Shown: piece by piece, positions 17,954 through 27,469 of the stretch
Numbering within the stretch: the first letter of the stretch is position 1
How the letters are laid out: every line of letters starts with the position of its first letter
Notes under the pieces: generated by a model
Databases searched by the model: none
Seen by the model: only the letters and a program-made list of their open reading frames with translations
Told to the model about the DNA's origin: nothing
Program-made: the position numbers and the translations under genes
Assembly (NCBI GenBank): GCA_964505645.1
Contig: CAZDJH010000001.1
Location: forward strand, 1-34,835
DNA length: 34,835 nt
Direction of reading: 5' to 3'
Source: an uncultured archaeon
GTDB taxonomy: Archaea; Asgardarchaeota; Lokiarchaeia; Sigyniarchaeales; SOKP01

Positions 17954-18805
17954 TCACATCTCAATTTTTCTTTTAATTGCTTTTAATGCATCCTTTAGAC
18001 TTACGGGATAAGATTCTTTATATAAACCTTTTTCATATAACTGATTAAAGAGAGAATAATAAAAGGGTTTATTAATTTCCAAATTTTTAAATATCTCTCC
18101 ATTTAAGACATCATATTTATCAGCGTGTTGGATGATCTCTCCTTTTTTCATTAAAATAATCTCATCGGCTAGTGGGAGTACTAAATCAAGCCTATGTTCG
18201 CTAATAATCACAGAAATATGGGTTTCTTGCTGAATAGTTTTTAAGAGAGTAATGATTTTTTTTGCAAAGTAGGGATCGAGGTTTGCAGTCGGCTCGTCAA
18301 GGATGAGGACTTCGGGCTCAAGCGCTAATATAGAGGCAATGGCTACCCTTTGCTGCTCTCCACCACTAATTTCGAAGGGGGCTTTTTCTAAAAGCGATTC
18401 AATTCCCGTCAATTTTGAAACATCTTCTATTTTTTTCCTTATATGGTCTCGTGGATAACCCCAATTTTCTAATCCAAATGCAATTTCATGTTCGACATTC
18501 ATTGAGACCAATTGATTTTCCGGATTTTGGAAAACGACACCCACAATAGTGGATAAATCAGCTATAGGCATTATAGAGGTATCATTTTCCTTGACTTCCA
18601 CTTTTCCACGGTAAAACCCTGAATAGAACTGGGGAATTAATCCGTTCATGCACCGAATTAAGGTAGTTTTACCGGAGCCGGTTTCCCCTAACAGTAAAAC
18701 AAATTTACCTGCGTTGATATTTAAATTTATATTTTTTAGGGCATATTCTTGGGAATTCGTACCCTTATACCGAAAGGAAAAGTCCTGAAAATCGATGAGT
18801 GGCAT
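17954..18805 (-). CDS. ecfA1: ECF transporter ATPase subunit (first of pair)
   Basis: Walker A GETGSGKTT, signature SGGEQQR, Walker B VLILDEPT, and an H-loop SEHR. Confidence 0.85.
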   Translation of the reverse strand: MPLIDFQDFSFRYKGTNSQEYALKNINLNINAGKFVLLLGETGSGKTTLIRCMNGLIPQFYSGFYRGKVEVKENDTSIMPIADLSTIVGVVFQNPENQLVSMNVEHEIAFGLENWGYPRDHIRKKIEDVSKLTGIESLLEKAPFEISGGEQQRVAIASILALEPEVLILDEPTANLDPYFAKKIITLLKTIQQETHISVIISEHRLDLVLPLADEIILMKKGEIIQHADKYDVLNGEIFKNLEINKPFYYSLFNQLYEKGLYKESYPVSLKDALKAIKRKIEM

Positions 18806-18846
18806 GATGAAATTGCGTTATAATTATTATTTATCTATAAGGCTTG

Positions 18847-19857
18847 CTAGTTTAAAATTTCTTTAATTTTTTCTAAAATTATATGTCTTATATTTACTTC
18901 CTCTTTACTAATCTTGATTGAAGCAGCACCTTCATGACCTCCACCAGTGGCACCCCGATCCATAGAGATTTCCTCTAAAACTTTACCCAAGTGGAGATTA
19001 CATTCATTACAGACTTTTTTTTTTGCCCTTAAACTAATCCGGTAATGGTCTTTTCTTTCAGATAGCACAATAGATATATCAAAACCTAGCTTTATTAGTG
19101 TATTCGCAACAGTCGCTTCAAAACTACTCACATGCGAAACTCCGACCAGCCAATTGTTTTCCCTCACTAACTCTACTCTTTGCATCCCCTTTATTCTGGC
19201 GATTTTTTCGGACATATCGGGCTCGACCTTGAGCATTGATAAAATCTCTTGGTAATTGATACCACCCTCTAAAAGGGAAGCAATTGAGAGGTAAGTATGT
19301 TGGTTGGCAAATTTAAGATATGCCGAATCCGTGAGTATTCCCGCAATTAAAAGATATTTGAGAGGGTCTATAAGTGGAACTTTAAATTCATTATAAAGAT
19401 CGACCATTATTTCTGAAGTAGAACTATAATTTTCGAAGACTATCATGTTTCGATTTCTTTCTTCTTCTATATCTGAATTCCTTAAATAATGATGATCGAT
19501 AAAAACTACTAAAGAATTATTCACCGACTTACTAGTGGAAAAACATTTTCCCACCTTACTTATCTTGTTCGCATCTACTATAAAAATTACATCAAAATAT
19601 AAATTTGCAAGATCTTCTTCAAAAACTATTTCAAATTCACTAAATTTTTCCCTCAATTTATCTAAAAAAAGACTCGCTTTTTTTGAAATCTTGGAAAAAT
19701 AGAGATGAATCTCAATGTTCTTAAGAAGGTCGTTTAAAAAAAAATAGAGTGCAATTGCGGATGATATTCCGTCTAAATCAGCTAACGCGTGGGATGTTAT
19801 TAATATTGATTTATTTTGTAAAAAATTAAGATATGATTCAAATTTTGATTTTAACAT
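18847..19857 (-). CDS. DHH/DHHA1-family phosphoesterase (NrnA-like)
   Basis: ITSHALADLDGISS (motif I/II), IFIVDAN, VFIDHH (the DHH motif) and GGGHEGAAS (the DHHA1 GGGH motif). Confidence 0.75.
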   Translation of the reverse strand: MLKSKFESYLNFLQNKSILITSHALADLDGISSAIALYFFLNDLLKNIEIHLYFSKISKKASLFLDKLREKFSEFEIVFEEDLANLYFDVIFIVDANKISKVGKCFSTSKSVNNSLVVFIDHHYLRNSDIEEERNRNMIVFENYSSTSEIMVDLYNEFKVPLIDPLKYLLIAGILTDSAYLKFANQHTYLSIASLLEGGINYQEILSMLKVEPDMSEKIARIKGMQRVELVRENNWLVGVSHVSSFEATVANTLIKLGFDISIVLSERKDHYRISLRAKKKVCNECNLHLGKVLEEISMDRGATGGGHEGAASIKISKEEVNIRHIILEKIKEILN

Positions 19858-19898
19858 ACTTAAAAACCTCCCAAGCGATAAGATCCATAGCGAGCTGA

Positions 19899-20255
19899 TT
19901 ATGCTTGGCGAGATCCAATTTCTTGTTGTAAAGACTGTGAGAGCTTCTGGATCTGACTGCGCGCTCTTTCTTCTTTTTGTTTTAACGTCTTAATTTTCAT
20001 ATCCAAACTTGTTTTTTCGCTTTTCTTCTCCGGGAGAAGCTTTTCTTTTGAACTCTTTACCATTATCCCCCCAATTGACTTATAAATTTGTTTAGACTCA
20101 TCTGTTTTTTCTAATTCCTCAATGGCTAATTCAGCTTCTCTTACTTGAGTCTCCATTTCTATTCTCTGATTAACGATATATTCTAAATTCCCTTGAAGAT
20201 TGCGTAGCTTTTGGATTTTATTTTTTAGTTCTTCATCTAATTGATTTAAAGACAT
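19899..20255 (-). CDS. pfdB: Prefoldin beta subunit
   Basis: A 118-aa coiled-coil/beta-hairpin/coiled-coil layout (QKLRNLQGNL...IYKSIGGIMVKSSKEKLL...LKQKEE), in the conserved position after pcc1. Confidence 0.8.
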   Translation of the reverse strand: MSLNQLDEELKNKIQKLRNLQGNLEYIVNQRIEMETQVREAELAIEELEKTDESKQIYKSIGGIMVKSSKEKLLPEKKSEKTSLDMKIKTLKQKEERARSQIQKLSQSLQQEIGSRQA

Positions 20256-20422
20256 CTATATTCACTTTTTTGCGTTATATTATTTATTGAAATACCTTAA
20301 AGAATAAATTTTTTAGGTTTTTAATTTATTAGCTTAAAAATTTTAGTTATAAATAAAAGAATTCCTTTCTAAATGAAGAAAAAAAGTCTAAATCTTAAAA
20401 TATAAAATATGATGAAATATTC

Positions 20423-20683
20423 TTAAGTATAATTTTCTCGTAAAAAAGAAATACCTTCAATTACTTTCCCCAAGCTAATAATATCATTCATAGATGCTCG
20501 AAATGCAGTGATATCCTTGCTTTCAATTATGAATTCGAGATTACTATCTCCTTTTTTACTCATTTTAACACTTGAGCGGTCAGTTCTGAATGTTTTCAGT
20601 TCGGGAAGATATGAGTGATAAGAATAGTCTCGCAGTCGAGAATCGTCAAAAGTAAATTGAACGGAAGTTGTTATGGAATTCAT
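20423..20683 (-). CDS. pcc1: KEOPS subunit Pcc1
   Basis: An 86-aa protein. NLEFIIESKDITAFRASMNDIISLGKVIE fits the Pcc1 pattern (l.i.ieA.D..aLRas.Ns.lr). Its start overlaps the rpl37ae stop (TAATG), which is the conserved archaeal context. Confidence 0.65.
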   Translation of the reverse strand: MNSITTSVQFTFDDSRLRDYSYHSYLPELKTFRTDRSSVKMSKKGDSNLEFIIESKDITAFRASMNDIISLGKVIEGISFLRENYT

Positions 20684-20985
20684 TAATCTTCTTCTACAAG
20701 TTCAAGTTCTCTCCTTTTTCGGTCGGTAACTCTGAAAGATTCGGCCCCTCGTGGAGTTTGTACGGAATATGCTCCGCCTGTAAACTTTGCATCGCACTTT
20801 TTACATTCCCAAACCCCCGTCGATACCCTATGAACCGTATTTTTGGTTTTACATTGGGGACACGTTATATTTTTGCTTTTCATTTGATTTAAGACATCTC
20901 GAGCGCGCCTACGGTTCACCGCGCCGTATCGTGCGCCATATTTACCGGTTATTCCACTTTTCTTTTGCTTCGTTTTTTTTGGCAT
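20683..20985 (-). CDS. rpl37ae: Ribosomal protein L37Ae (eL43)
   Basis: GKYGARYGAVNRRR plus the zinc ribbon CPQC...x14...CKKC. Confidence 0.9.
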   Translation of the reverse strand: MPKKTKQKKSGITGKYGARYGAVNRRRARDVLNQMKSKNITCPQCKTKNTVHRVSTGVWECKKCDAKFTGGAYSVQTPRGAESFRVTDRKRRELELVEED

Positions 20986-21199
20986 AAGAACAAAAACCTC
21001 AATTTAAAAAGCTCTGTTAATAGAAAAAAGGAATGATAACATAAAAAATTTAAGATAATTACCATAAAGCCTCCTTTTTGGATGGTTTTTAATTTAACCA
21101 GAAAAATTAATAATATTAAAAAATTAAAGATTATTTTAAATAAAATAAATTGTTATATTTTTAAGCATATCGAAATTAAATGTCTCTATTAAACTAACA

Positions 21200-23920
21200 A
21201 TGAAATTTGCTCTTTTATTAAATAAAATAGAAAGAGAAGACTATAAGATTATAGGTGGAAAGGCATTAAATCTTTCTCGATTATGCCAGCGCGCTTTTTA
21301 CGTCCCTCAAGGCTTCTGTCTTACTGTTGACTCTTATAACGCATTTTTACGCGAGAACAACATCATTGCGTCAATAAAGGACTTATTTGACAAATATACT
21401 TTAAAAGATTATAAGAAAATTGAATTTATCTCACAAAAAACCCGAAATTTCATAATGAACGGCAAGATTCCCGATGAGGTACTGGAAGCAATTAAGGAAA
21501 GACAGAGAGAATTAGATTGCAACACCTTTGTCGTACGTTCATCGGCAACTGCGGAGGATTTAGCGTATGCTTCATTTGCCGGACAATATGATTCTTATCT
21601 AAATTTGAAATGTTTAGAAGATATAATTGCCCATATTAAAAAATGTTATGCCTCACTATGGACCAATAGAGCAATCTCGTATAGGATAAAAAATAATATT
21701 CCCCCAGAAGATACTGATATTGCAATAATTGTTCAGGAAATGGTGCCTGCAAAAGTATCTGGTGTGTTATTCACCGCAAATCCAGTAACGGGAAACAGAT
21801 CTGAAATGCTAATCGAGTCAAATTTCGGTTTAGGAGAATCTGTAATGTCGGGACAGACCACGCCCGATCAATTTATCATCCAATGGAATAAAAAGAATCC
21901 TTCTTCTATTGAGATCATCAACAAACGAGTAGGAGATAAAAGCCATATAGTTCAAGCTAAAGCAAGTGAAAACGAGTCTGGAACTGAACGGATGCGTTTA
22001 TCCGAGGAGAAAGCAAAGGAGTCCTCCTTAAAGCAAGAACTATTAATTAAGCTCGTTCGATTAGGGAGCGAAATAGAACAAATTTTTAAAGATCCTCAAG
22101 ATATTGAATGGGCAATTGATTTTAATGATAAACTTTACGTTCTACAAACTAGACCAATAACTAGTTTAGGTCAAGGGAGCCTTGAGTGGGGCAAAGGCGA
22201 GGAATGGTATACTCGTGGATACTCGGATGATTATTGGAATGATCCCGTCTCACCTTTATTTTTTGATCTGTTAGGAGATCAACTCACTAAGGTCGTAAAT
22301 ATAGAGTTAAACAGCATCATGGGTTACAAACGGATGGACGCGAAGTTATTAAAATTATTCAAGGGACATGTATATTTTAATTTGGATGTATTAAAACGGA
22401 AGGTTGAATATGAAATACCTAAAATTGTAAGAAATGAAAATATTCTGAACTATTTCCCGAGAGGTAAGGGCAAGTATGGTAAAGAAACAATGAAAGCCCT
22501 CAACTTTCATCTCATTGATCGAATCGTGGCAGAATTACGGATTATGGTTTTTGATCCGAATGGATCAATCTCCAAAACAGATAACGCATACTACGAATGG
22601 ACGGAAAATGAATTTATTCCTTTTTGTAGGAAATTTGATCGCCGTTTAGCAACATTAAAAAAAAGAGAGCATTTACGGGGTCTGCTAAGTCTAGCACAGG
22701 AATTGGACGATTGTATGGTCTCTCACTTTAGGTTGGTCCGATATGGCATCCCGGTCCATAATATTGGAATGAATTTGATAACACAATATCTCCTTATAAA
22801 GTTTTTGGGAAAAAAAGATGCCTCAAAATATTTTCCACTTCTTATATCAGGGTTAGATCACAAGTTAACCGAAACAAATGAACAGATTTATTCTTTAGCG
22901 TCCATAATTCAGAATTCACACGATCTTAGAGCAATTATCACAAACATAGACTCAGAAAATATATTACTTCAATTAAAAAGCGAAAAGGATCCAGAAGTCA
23001 GATCTTTTCTCACTCAGTTTCAGAGCTTTTTGGAGGCGTGCGGCGGGCGGGGGTTTACCAGAGAGCCATATTATCCGAGGTGGGGGGAGGATCCTAGCTA
23101 TGTGTTTGATATCTTAAAATCCTTAATTGAGGGCCAAGATATTGACTGGAAAAAAAAGAAAGATATTAATAAGATACGGACAAAATTGGCCGAAAGGAGG
23201 GTTGAAAAGAAGATACGTTCTCAATTTTTGGGTTTTTTTAAGTGGAAGCTATTTTCTCTGATCTTAAATCTTAGTAGGAGATATATTTGCTTCCGAGAAA
23301 ATCAAAGGTATAATTTAGATGTATGGATCACAAAGAATCGAAATGTATTCTTGGGGATTGGTAAATTATTTCAACAAAAAGGACTTCTTGATAAAGAAAA
23401 TGATATCTTTTTTCTTAGAAGAAAAGAAATAAAAAATATAGTACGTATAGGCTTAAAAAGTATTGAAGTTAAAGAGGTCAAACAAAAAGTAAGTAAAAGA
23501 AAAGAGATCTTTTTAAAATATGAACATAAAACACCTCCAAAGTTTTTGGGTGGTTCCCAACAATTTGATGATACAATTCCTTCAAGAGCAGATGAAAAAG
23601 TATTTCACGGGATTCCCGCAAGCCAAGGAATAACGGAGGGTTATATCCGTATTTTAAATGAAATTAAGGATATCCCTAGGGTAAAATCCGGAGAAATATT
23701 AATTGTTCCCCGCACAGATCCGGGATGGACCCCCGTTTTTTCTAAAATCGGTGGGCTCATAACGGAGACTGGTGGGGTCTTATCGCATGGAGCGGTAGTA
23801 TCCCGAGAATATAATGTCCCTGCCGTAACTAACATACCAAATGCAACAACCTTATTCAACACGGGACAACGGGTAAGAATCAATGGATTTAATGGAGAAG
23901 TTATAATTCTATCCAAATGA
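21200..23920 (+). CDS. PEP-utilizing phosphotransferase: N-terminal PPDK_N ATP-grasp, large central domain, C-terminal swivel-His domain (rifampicin-phosphotransferase-like layout)
   Basis: The N-terminus has GGKALNLSRL...VPQGFCLT, VVRSSATAEDL and FAGQYDSYLN. The C-terminus has GITEGYIRIL...ILIVPRTDPGWTPVF...ETGGVLSHGAVVSREYNVPAV, with the catalytic His863 at 23786-23788. Confidence 0.85.
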   Translation: MKFALLLNKIEREDYKIIGGKALNLSRLCQRAFYVPQGFCLTVDSYNAFLRENNIIASIKDLFDKYTLKDYKKIEFISQKTRNFIMNGKIPDEVLEAIKERQRELDCNTFVVRSSATAEDLAYASFAGQYDSYLNLKCLEDIIAHIKKCYASLWTNRAISYRIKNNIPPEDTDIAIIVQEMVPAKVSGVLFTANPVTGNRSEMLIESNFGLGESVMSGQTTPDQFIIQWNKKNPSSIEIINKRVGDKSHIVQAKASENESGTERMRLSEEKAKESSLKQELLIKLVRLGSEIEQIFKDPQDIEWAIDFNDKLYVLQTRPITSLGQGSLEWGKGEEWYTRGYSDDYWNDPVSPLFFDLLGDQLTKVVNIELNSIMGYKRMDAKLLKLFKGHVYFNLDVLKRKVEYEIPKIVRNENILNYFPRGKGKYGKETMKALNFHLIDRIVAELRIMVFDPNGSISKTDNAYYEWTENEFIPFCRKFDRRLATLKKREHLRGLLSLAQELDDCMVSHFRLVRYGIPVHNIGMNLITQYLLIKFLGKKDASKYFPLLISGLDHKLTETNEQIYSLASIIQNSHDLRAIITNIDSENILLQLKSEKDPEVRSFLTQFQSFLEACGGRGFTREPYYPRWGEDPSYVFDILKSLIEGQDIDWKKKKDINKIRTKLAERRVEKKIRSQFLGFFKWKLFSLILNLSRRYICFRENQRYNLDVWITKNRNVFLGIGKLFQQKGLLDKENDIFFLRRKEIKNIVRIGLKSIEVKEVKQKVSKRKEIFLKYEHKTPPKFLGGSQQFDDTIPSRADEKVFHGIPASQGITEGYIRILNEIKDIPRVKSGEILIVPRTDPGWTPVFSKIGGLITETGGVLSHGAVVSREYNVPAVTNIPNATTLFNTGQRVRINGFNGEVIILSK

Positions 23921-24021
23921 ATTTGCTATAACGATATTTTAAGAATTTCCGATCATTTCAATAGGTAATAACAATATAGAATTATACATTAAAAAAGATA
24001 AAATAATAAAAGTGATTATAG

Positions 24022-24981
24022 TTGGAAGATATTATTCATCCCAAGTATTTGACTGAAGATCCAGAGTGGAACGAATCTTATTATTTAGCATTTTATGATA
24101 AAGAAAAACGGATGGGGGGCGTTTCTCGGTTAGGATACAAACCAAATAAGGAAGAGGCAATGGCTTTTTTCTTTATGTTTCTTCCTGATGGCTCTGCCGG
24201 GGGTTATTTCCAAGAAAAAAGGCTCAAGGAATTCAATAATAACCTCAAAGTATCGGGAATGGCGCATGATTGGAACCAAGATGGAACTTGGAATTATAAT
24301 TTCAAGGGAAATATGATCTTTGTGGATGACCCCTTAAATCTTCCTAAAGTGAGGGAAGATGCCAGCCTTATTTCAAGTATAAAAAAAACAAAAATGCATT
24401 TAGAGTTTAATCCCATAAGCGATGTATACGAATACAGCGAATATATGACGGAAGATTCTTTAGAATTGGGCAAAAAGGCAGGTGATAAGCACTGGGAACA
24501 AATTGCCATAATCTCAGGGAAATTAACCCTCGGAGATGCCGAATATACACTTTCTAATATTATGGGGCAACGAGATCATACCTATGGGGTAAGAGACTGG
24601 ACGGGAGTGGGAAACTGGCTGTATTATGTCATATGGTTTAACGATAACTTAGCGATTAATCCCGCGGCAATTATTTCAGAAGACGGTGAATTATCAACAG
24701 GAGGTTTTATTTTTAAGGAGGGAAAAAATATTCCTCTGAAAAAAATCAAAATACTCGAACAAAATTTCGGCGATGATGGTATGCCAATTGCTTCTAAGCT
24801 TGAAATCAAAGACTTTAATGGAGATAAATATATTTTGAAAGCCCAAACAGGACCTATTATTCCGATACCATTTGAAGATAAAGAGGGGCATCAGTCGGTT
24901 CTTGTTCAATCTTTTGGAACATTTCAATTGAATAACATTAAAGGGGGATATGGAACCTTTGAGACCTTGAGAAAAAACTAA
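24022..24981 (+). CDS. Uncharacterised, predicted beta-rich protein; TTG start
   Basis: The ORF is clean. An in-frame TAG lies at 24019-24021, and a GTGAT Shine-Dalgarno-like element sits about 7 nt upstream of the TTG. Motifs include PEWNESYYLAF and GQRDHTYGVRDWTG. I recognise no family with confidence. Confidence 0.5.
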   Translation: MEDIIHPKYLTEDPEWNESYYLAFYDKEKRMGGVSRLGYKPNKEEAMAFFFMFLPDGSAGGYFQEKRLKEFNNNLKVSGMAHDWNQDGTWNYNFKGNMIFVDDPLNLPKVREDASLISSIKKTKMHLEFNPISDVYEYSEYMTEDSLELGKKAGDKHWEQIAIISGKLTLGDAEYTLSNIMGQRDHTYGVRDWTGVGNWLYYVIWFNDNLAINPAAIISEDGELSTGGFIFKEGKNIPLKKIKILEQNFGDDGMPIASKLEIKDFNGDKYILKAQTGPIIPIPFEDKEGHQSVLVQSFGTFQLNNIKGGYGTFETLRKN

Positions 24982-25009
24982 TCCTTAAATTAAAATTACA
25001 TGGTATTAC

Positions 25010-25022
25010 TTTTTTATTTTTT
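25010..25022 (+). terminator. Oligo-T tract (T6-A-T6) after the plus-strand gene pair
   Basis: ttttttatttttt lies about 30 nt after the stop at 24981. Confidence 0.3.
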
Positions 25023-25078
25023 ACTTATATCTGTGCCTTATTAAATTTAGAGATGCAATAAACATAAAAAGTAATAAT

Positions 25079-25087
25079 AAAAAAAAA
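25079..25087 (-). terminator. Oligo-T (T9 on the minus strand) after rrp42
   Basis: An A9 run on the plus strand lies immediately downstream of the rrp42 stop (25093-25095) in the direction of transcription. Confidence 0.35.
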
Positions 25088-25092
25088 TAGTC

Positions 25093-25920
25093 TTATTCTA
25101 TCTTAGTGATGTACTGCCAGAGATCTAATTCTTCACGGAGATCACCGGCAATTTCGAATGCTTTTTTACTGAGAAATTTGATCTGGTCGAAGGTAAAAGT
25201 GGTAGTTCCGCTTTTTTGAATACTCGTGATATTATCCTCCGTCACGGATATTGTAAGCCTTCCTTCACTTACCAATTGTTCAGGCAGACTCGGATCTAGG
25301 AATAAATTATCGCCAATTTTTCCAAAGGTTATTGGAATAGGCAATTCATTGACAATTTCTTTTCCCGTGAAGTACTCACCGGTCCATTCAGGGCCGTCAT
25401 CAGTCCATTTTCCCTTCGGGATATGAGATGATATCAATGATGCAAGGGCTGAAATTCCTCCGCAGTCAATCATGTTCCCGCCGTGATTGATTACATACAT
25501 ATCAACAAAAATTATATAAACCGCTTTTTCTTCCTTAATGCATAACTTTTTGGTTTGCACGCAATCCGCATGACGGATTCCTCGATCAACCACCCGTGCT
25601 AATTCAATTGATTGTTGATCTGGAGGACCTCCCTCAAATAAAGGCGACGCTAACGGTAATAGTTCTGCCATAAGAGTACAAACTCCCTTATCAGGCGTAT
25701 CTGGATAGGGTTCACCTATATCATATTTAACCCCTGTGAGTATTCGGGTATCTCCTAAAGAAACATCTGCGGATCCTTCAGCCGCAGTAATGGTGTCTGT
25801 TTTAATATTGAACTCTCTATACTCCCAAAGATCTCGTCCATCAACCCTATTCCCCTTTTCTAAGTTATTTTTAATGTAATCTTTCTCGATTGTAGAGATT
25901 ACACGTTTAATATCCATCAT
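25093..25920 (-). CDS. rrp42: Exosome complex subunit Rrp42 (inactive RNase PH-like)
   Basis: GNRVDGRDLWEYREFNIKTDTITAAEGSADVSLGDTRILTGVK. There is an ATGA overlap with the rrp41 stop at 25917-25920. Confidence 0.85.
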   Translation of the reverse strand: MMDIKRVISTIEKDYIKNNLEKGNRVDGRDLWEYREFNIKTDTITAAEGSADVSLGDTRILTGVKYDIGEPYPDTPDKGVCTLMAELLPLASPLFEGGPPDQQSIELARVVDRGIRHADCVQTKKLCIKEEKAVYIIFVDMYVINHGGNMIDCGGISALASLISSHIPKGKWTDDGPEWTGEYFTGKEIVNELPIPITFGKIGDNLFLDPSLPEQLVSEGRLTISVTEDNITSIQKSGTTTFTFDQIKFLSKKAFEIAGDLREELDLWQYITKIE

Positions 25921-26690
25921 GCTTCTTCTTCACCTCCATCTCCTTGAATATCCTCACGGATTTGTATATATTTCCGCTTCAATGCTTCTAATTGTATTTG
26001 GTAAACCTTTTCAAGAGCATCCTCTGCCATCGTTAGAAATTCATCAAATTCCGCTTCAGATGCTTTTCCGTCAAATTGTAAAAGTGATAATTCGTCATTA
26101 AACCAGGTCATAGCTATAGGTAAATCTGCTTCACCAGCTTTATCTTCTATTCCAGATAAATCTGTTACTAATTTTCCGTCAATCTTTCCAACCGCGCATG
26201 AGGTAACCAAGCTTCTCATGGGAACACCAGCATCAGCTAAGGCAAGAGCGGCCACAGTTGTGCTAGCACATCTGGTACCTCCGTCAGCATCTACAACTTC
26301 AATAAAAATCTCAAAGTTAGTGCCAGGATATAATTCCAAAAATAGAACCGGTTCTAAGCAATCGGCGACGATCATTGAAATTTCCTTTTCTCGCCTCCCA
26401 GGAGCAGGTCGTTTTCTGTCAAATACAGAATAGGTTGTCATTCTATAGAATACTCTAAGAATTCCCTTGTCTGGTTTTGCCAGATGACGCGGGTGTACTT
26501 CTCTCGGCCCATAAACAGAGGCGAATATTTTATTATTACCCCATTCTATATATGCCGAGCCATCCGCGTTTTTAATCACACCTACTTCCATTTTAATGTC
26601 GCGTAAATCGTTTTTATCTCTACCATCGAGACGTTTTCCGTCTTCTCGAAATAATTTTTCTGGATACTCATCTTGAATTAATAGTCCCAT
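25917..26690 (-). CDS. rrp41: Exosome complex exonuclease Rrp41 (RNase PH domain)
   Basis: RLDGRDKNDLRDIKMEVGVIKNADGSAYIEWGNNKIFASVYGPRE and DADGGTRCASTT. Confidence 0.9.
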   Translation of the reverse strand: MGLLIQDEYPEKLFREDGKRLDGRDKNDLRDIKMEVGVIKNADGSAYIEWGNNKIFASVYGPREVHPRHLAKPDKGILRVFYRMTTYSVFDRKRPAPGRREKEISMIVADCLEPVLFLELYPGTNFEIFIEVVDADGGTRCASTTVAALALADAGVPMRSLVTSCAVGKIDGKLVTDLSGIEDKAGEADLPIAMTWFNDELSLLQFDGKASEAEFDEFLTMAEDALEKVYQIQLEALKRKYIQIREDIQGDGGEEEA

Positions 26691-26692
26691 TA

Positions 26693-27469
26693 TTAATTTA
26701 TACCTCTTTTTTCTTTTTCTTGTTTAAGAAATTCAGCAATTCTATCTGTCAATCCTCGGGTGTGAGCTTCTCTCTCAATTTTGTAGATTGCCTCAATTGC
26801 GAGTCGCTCTTGTTCAAAATCGCGGCCTTGTAGCCATATACGCCCGTTTTGTGTTACGAAAATATTGCAATTTGTTTCGCCTTTTAATAACTTAATCATT
26901 GATCCGTTCCGTCCGATAATTCGGGGCACTTTAGGGGGATCAATCGTTAAGCAAATACCATCTGTTTTCTTCCCGAGATATTTACCAACAAGCGTTAATT
27001 CTGGACTATTAAGCCGATCAGCAGAAATTATCTTAGCTAATAAAACATCCCCTATATCAAACTTCTCCGTGTCTAATTCATCCCTTCTTCGCCTTTTCTT
27101 TCGGGGCTTGACCGTATTCTGGGGTCTCAATATTGCTTGATCCATGGCGTTAATATCACATCGGTATTTCACTGGATTTTTATCAACAACTATCGCAATA
27201 ATTTTATCGCCAGTACGGGCGGTGTAAAACCCTTGAAGGGGGATAACATTTACGTAATTATTCCTAATTTGCTTCAATCCAACTAATACAGAAATAATTT
27301 TTGTTCTATCCTTATTTAAAATCGTCCCTCTCCCACGCTTATACGTGTCAAGGTCAGTTGTTAATACCTCTCCAGGAGCTACGATTTCCCGTGTGGTTGA
27401 ATTATCTTCGATCTCGTCCTCGATCTCATCCTCAGATTTGATTTCTTCATCGTTTTCCATAGTAATCAA
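26693..27469 (-). CDS. rrp4: Exosome RNA-binding subunit Rrp4 (S1 + KH) with an acidic N-terminus
   Basis: VAPGEVL matches the N-terminal domain and GDKIIAIVV the S1-like region. The KH GxxG motif is KVPRIIGRNGSMIKLL. The gene ends 2 nt before rrp41. Confidence 0.85.
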   Translation of the reverse strand: MITMENDEEIKSEDEIEDEIEDNSTTREIVAPGEVLTTDLDTYKRGRGTILNKDRTKIISVLVGLKQIRNNYVNVIPLQGFYTARTGDKIIAIVVDKNPVKYRCDINAMDQAILRPQNTVKPRKKRRRRDELDTEKFDIGDVLLAKIISADRLNSPELTLVGKYLGKKTDGICLTIDPPKVPRIIGRNGSMIKLLKGETNCNIFVTQNGRIWLQGRDFEQERLAIEAIYKIEREAHTRGLTDRIAEFLKQEKEKRGIN

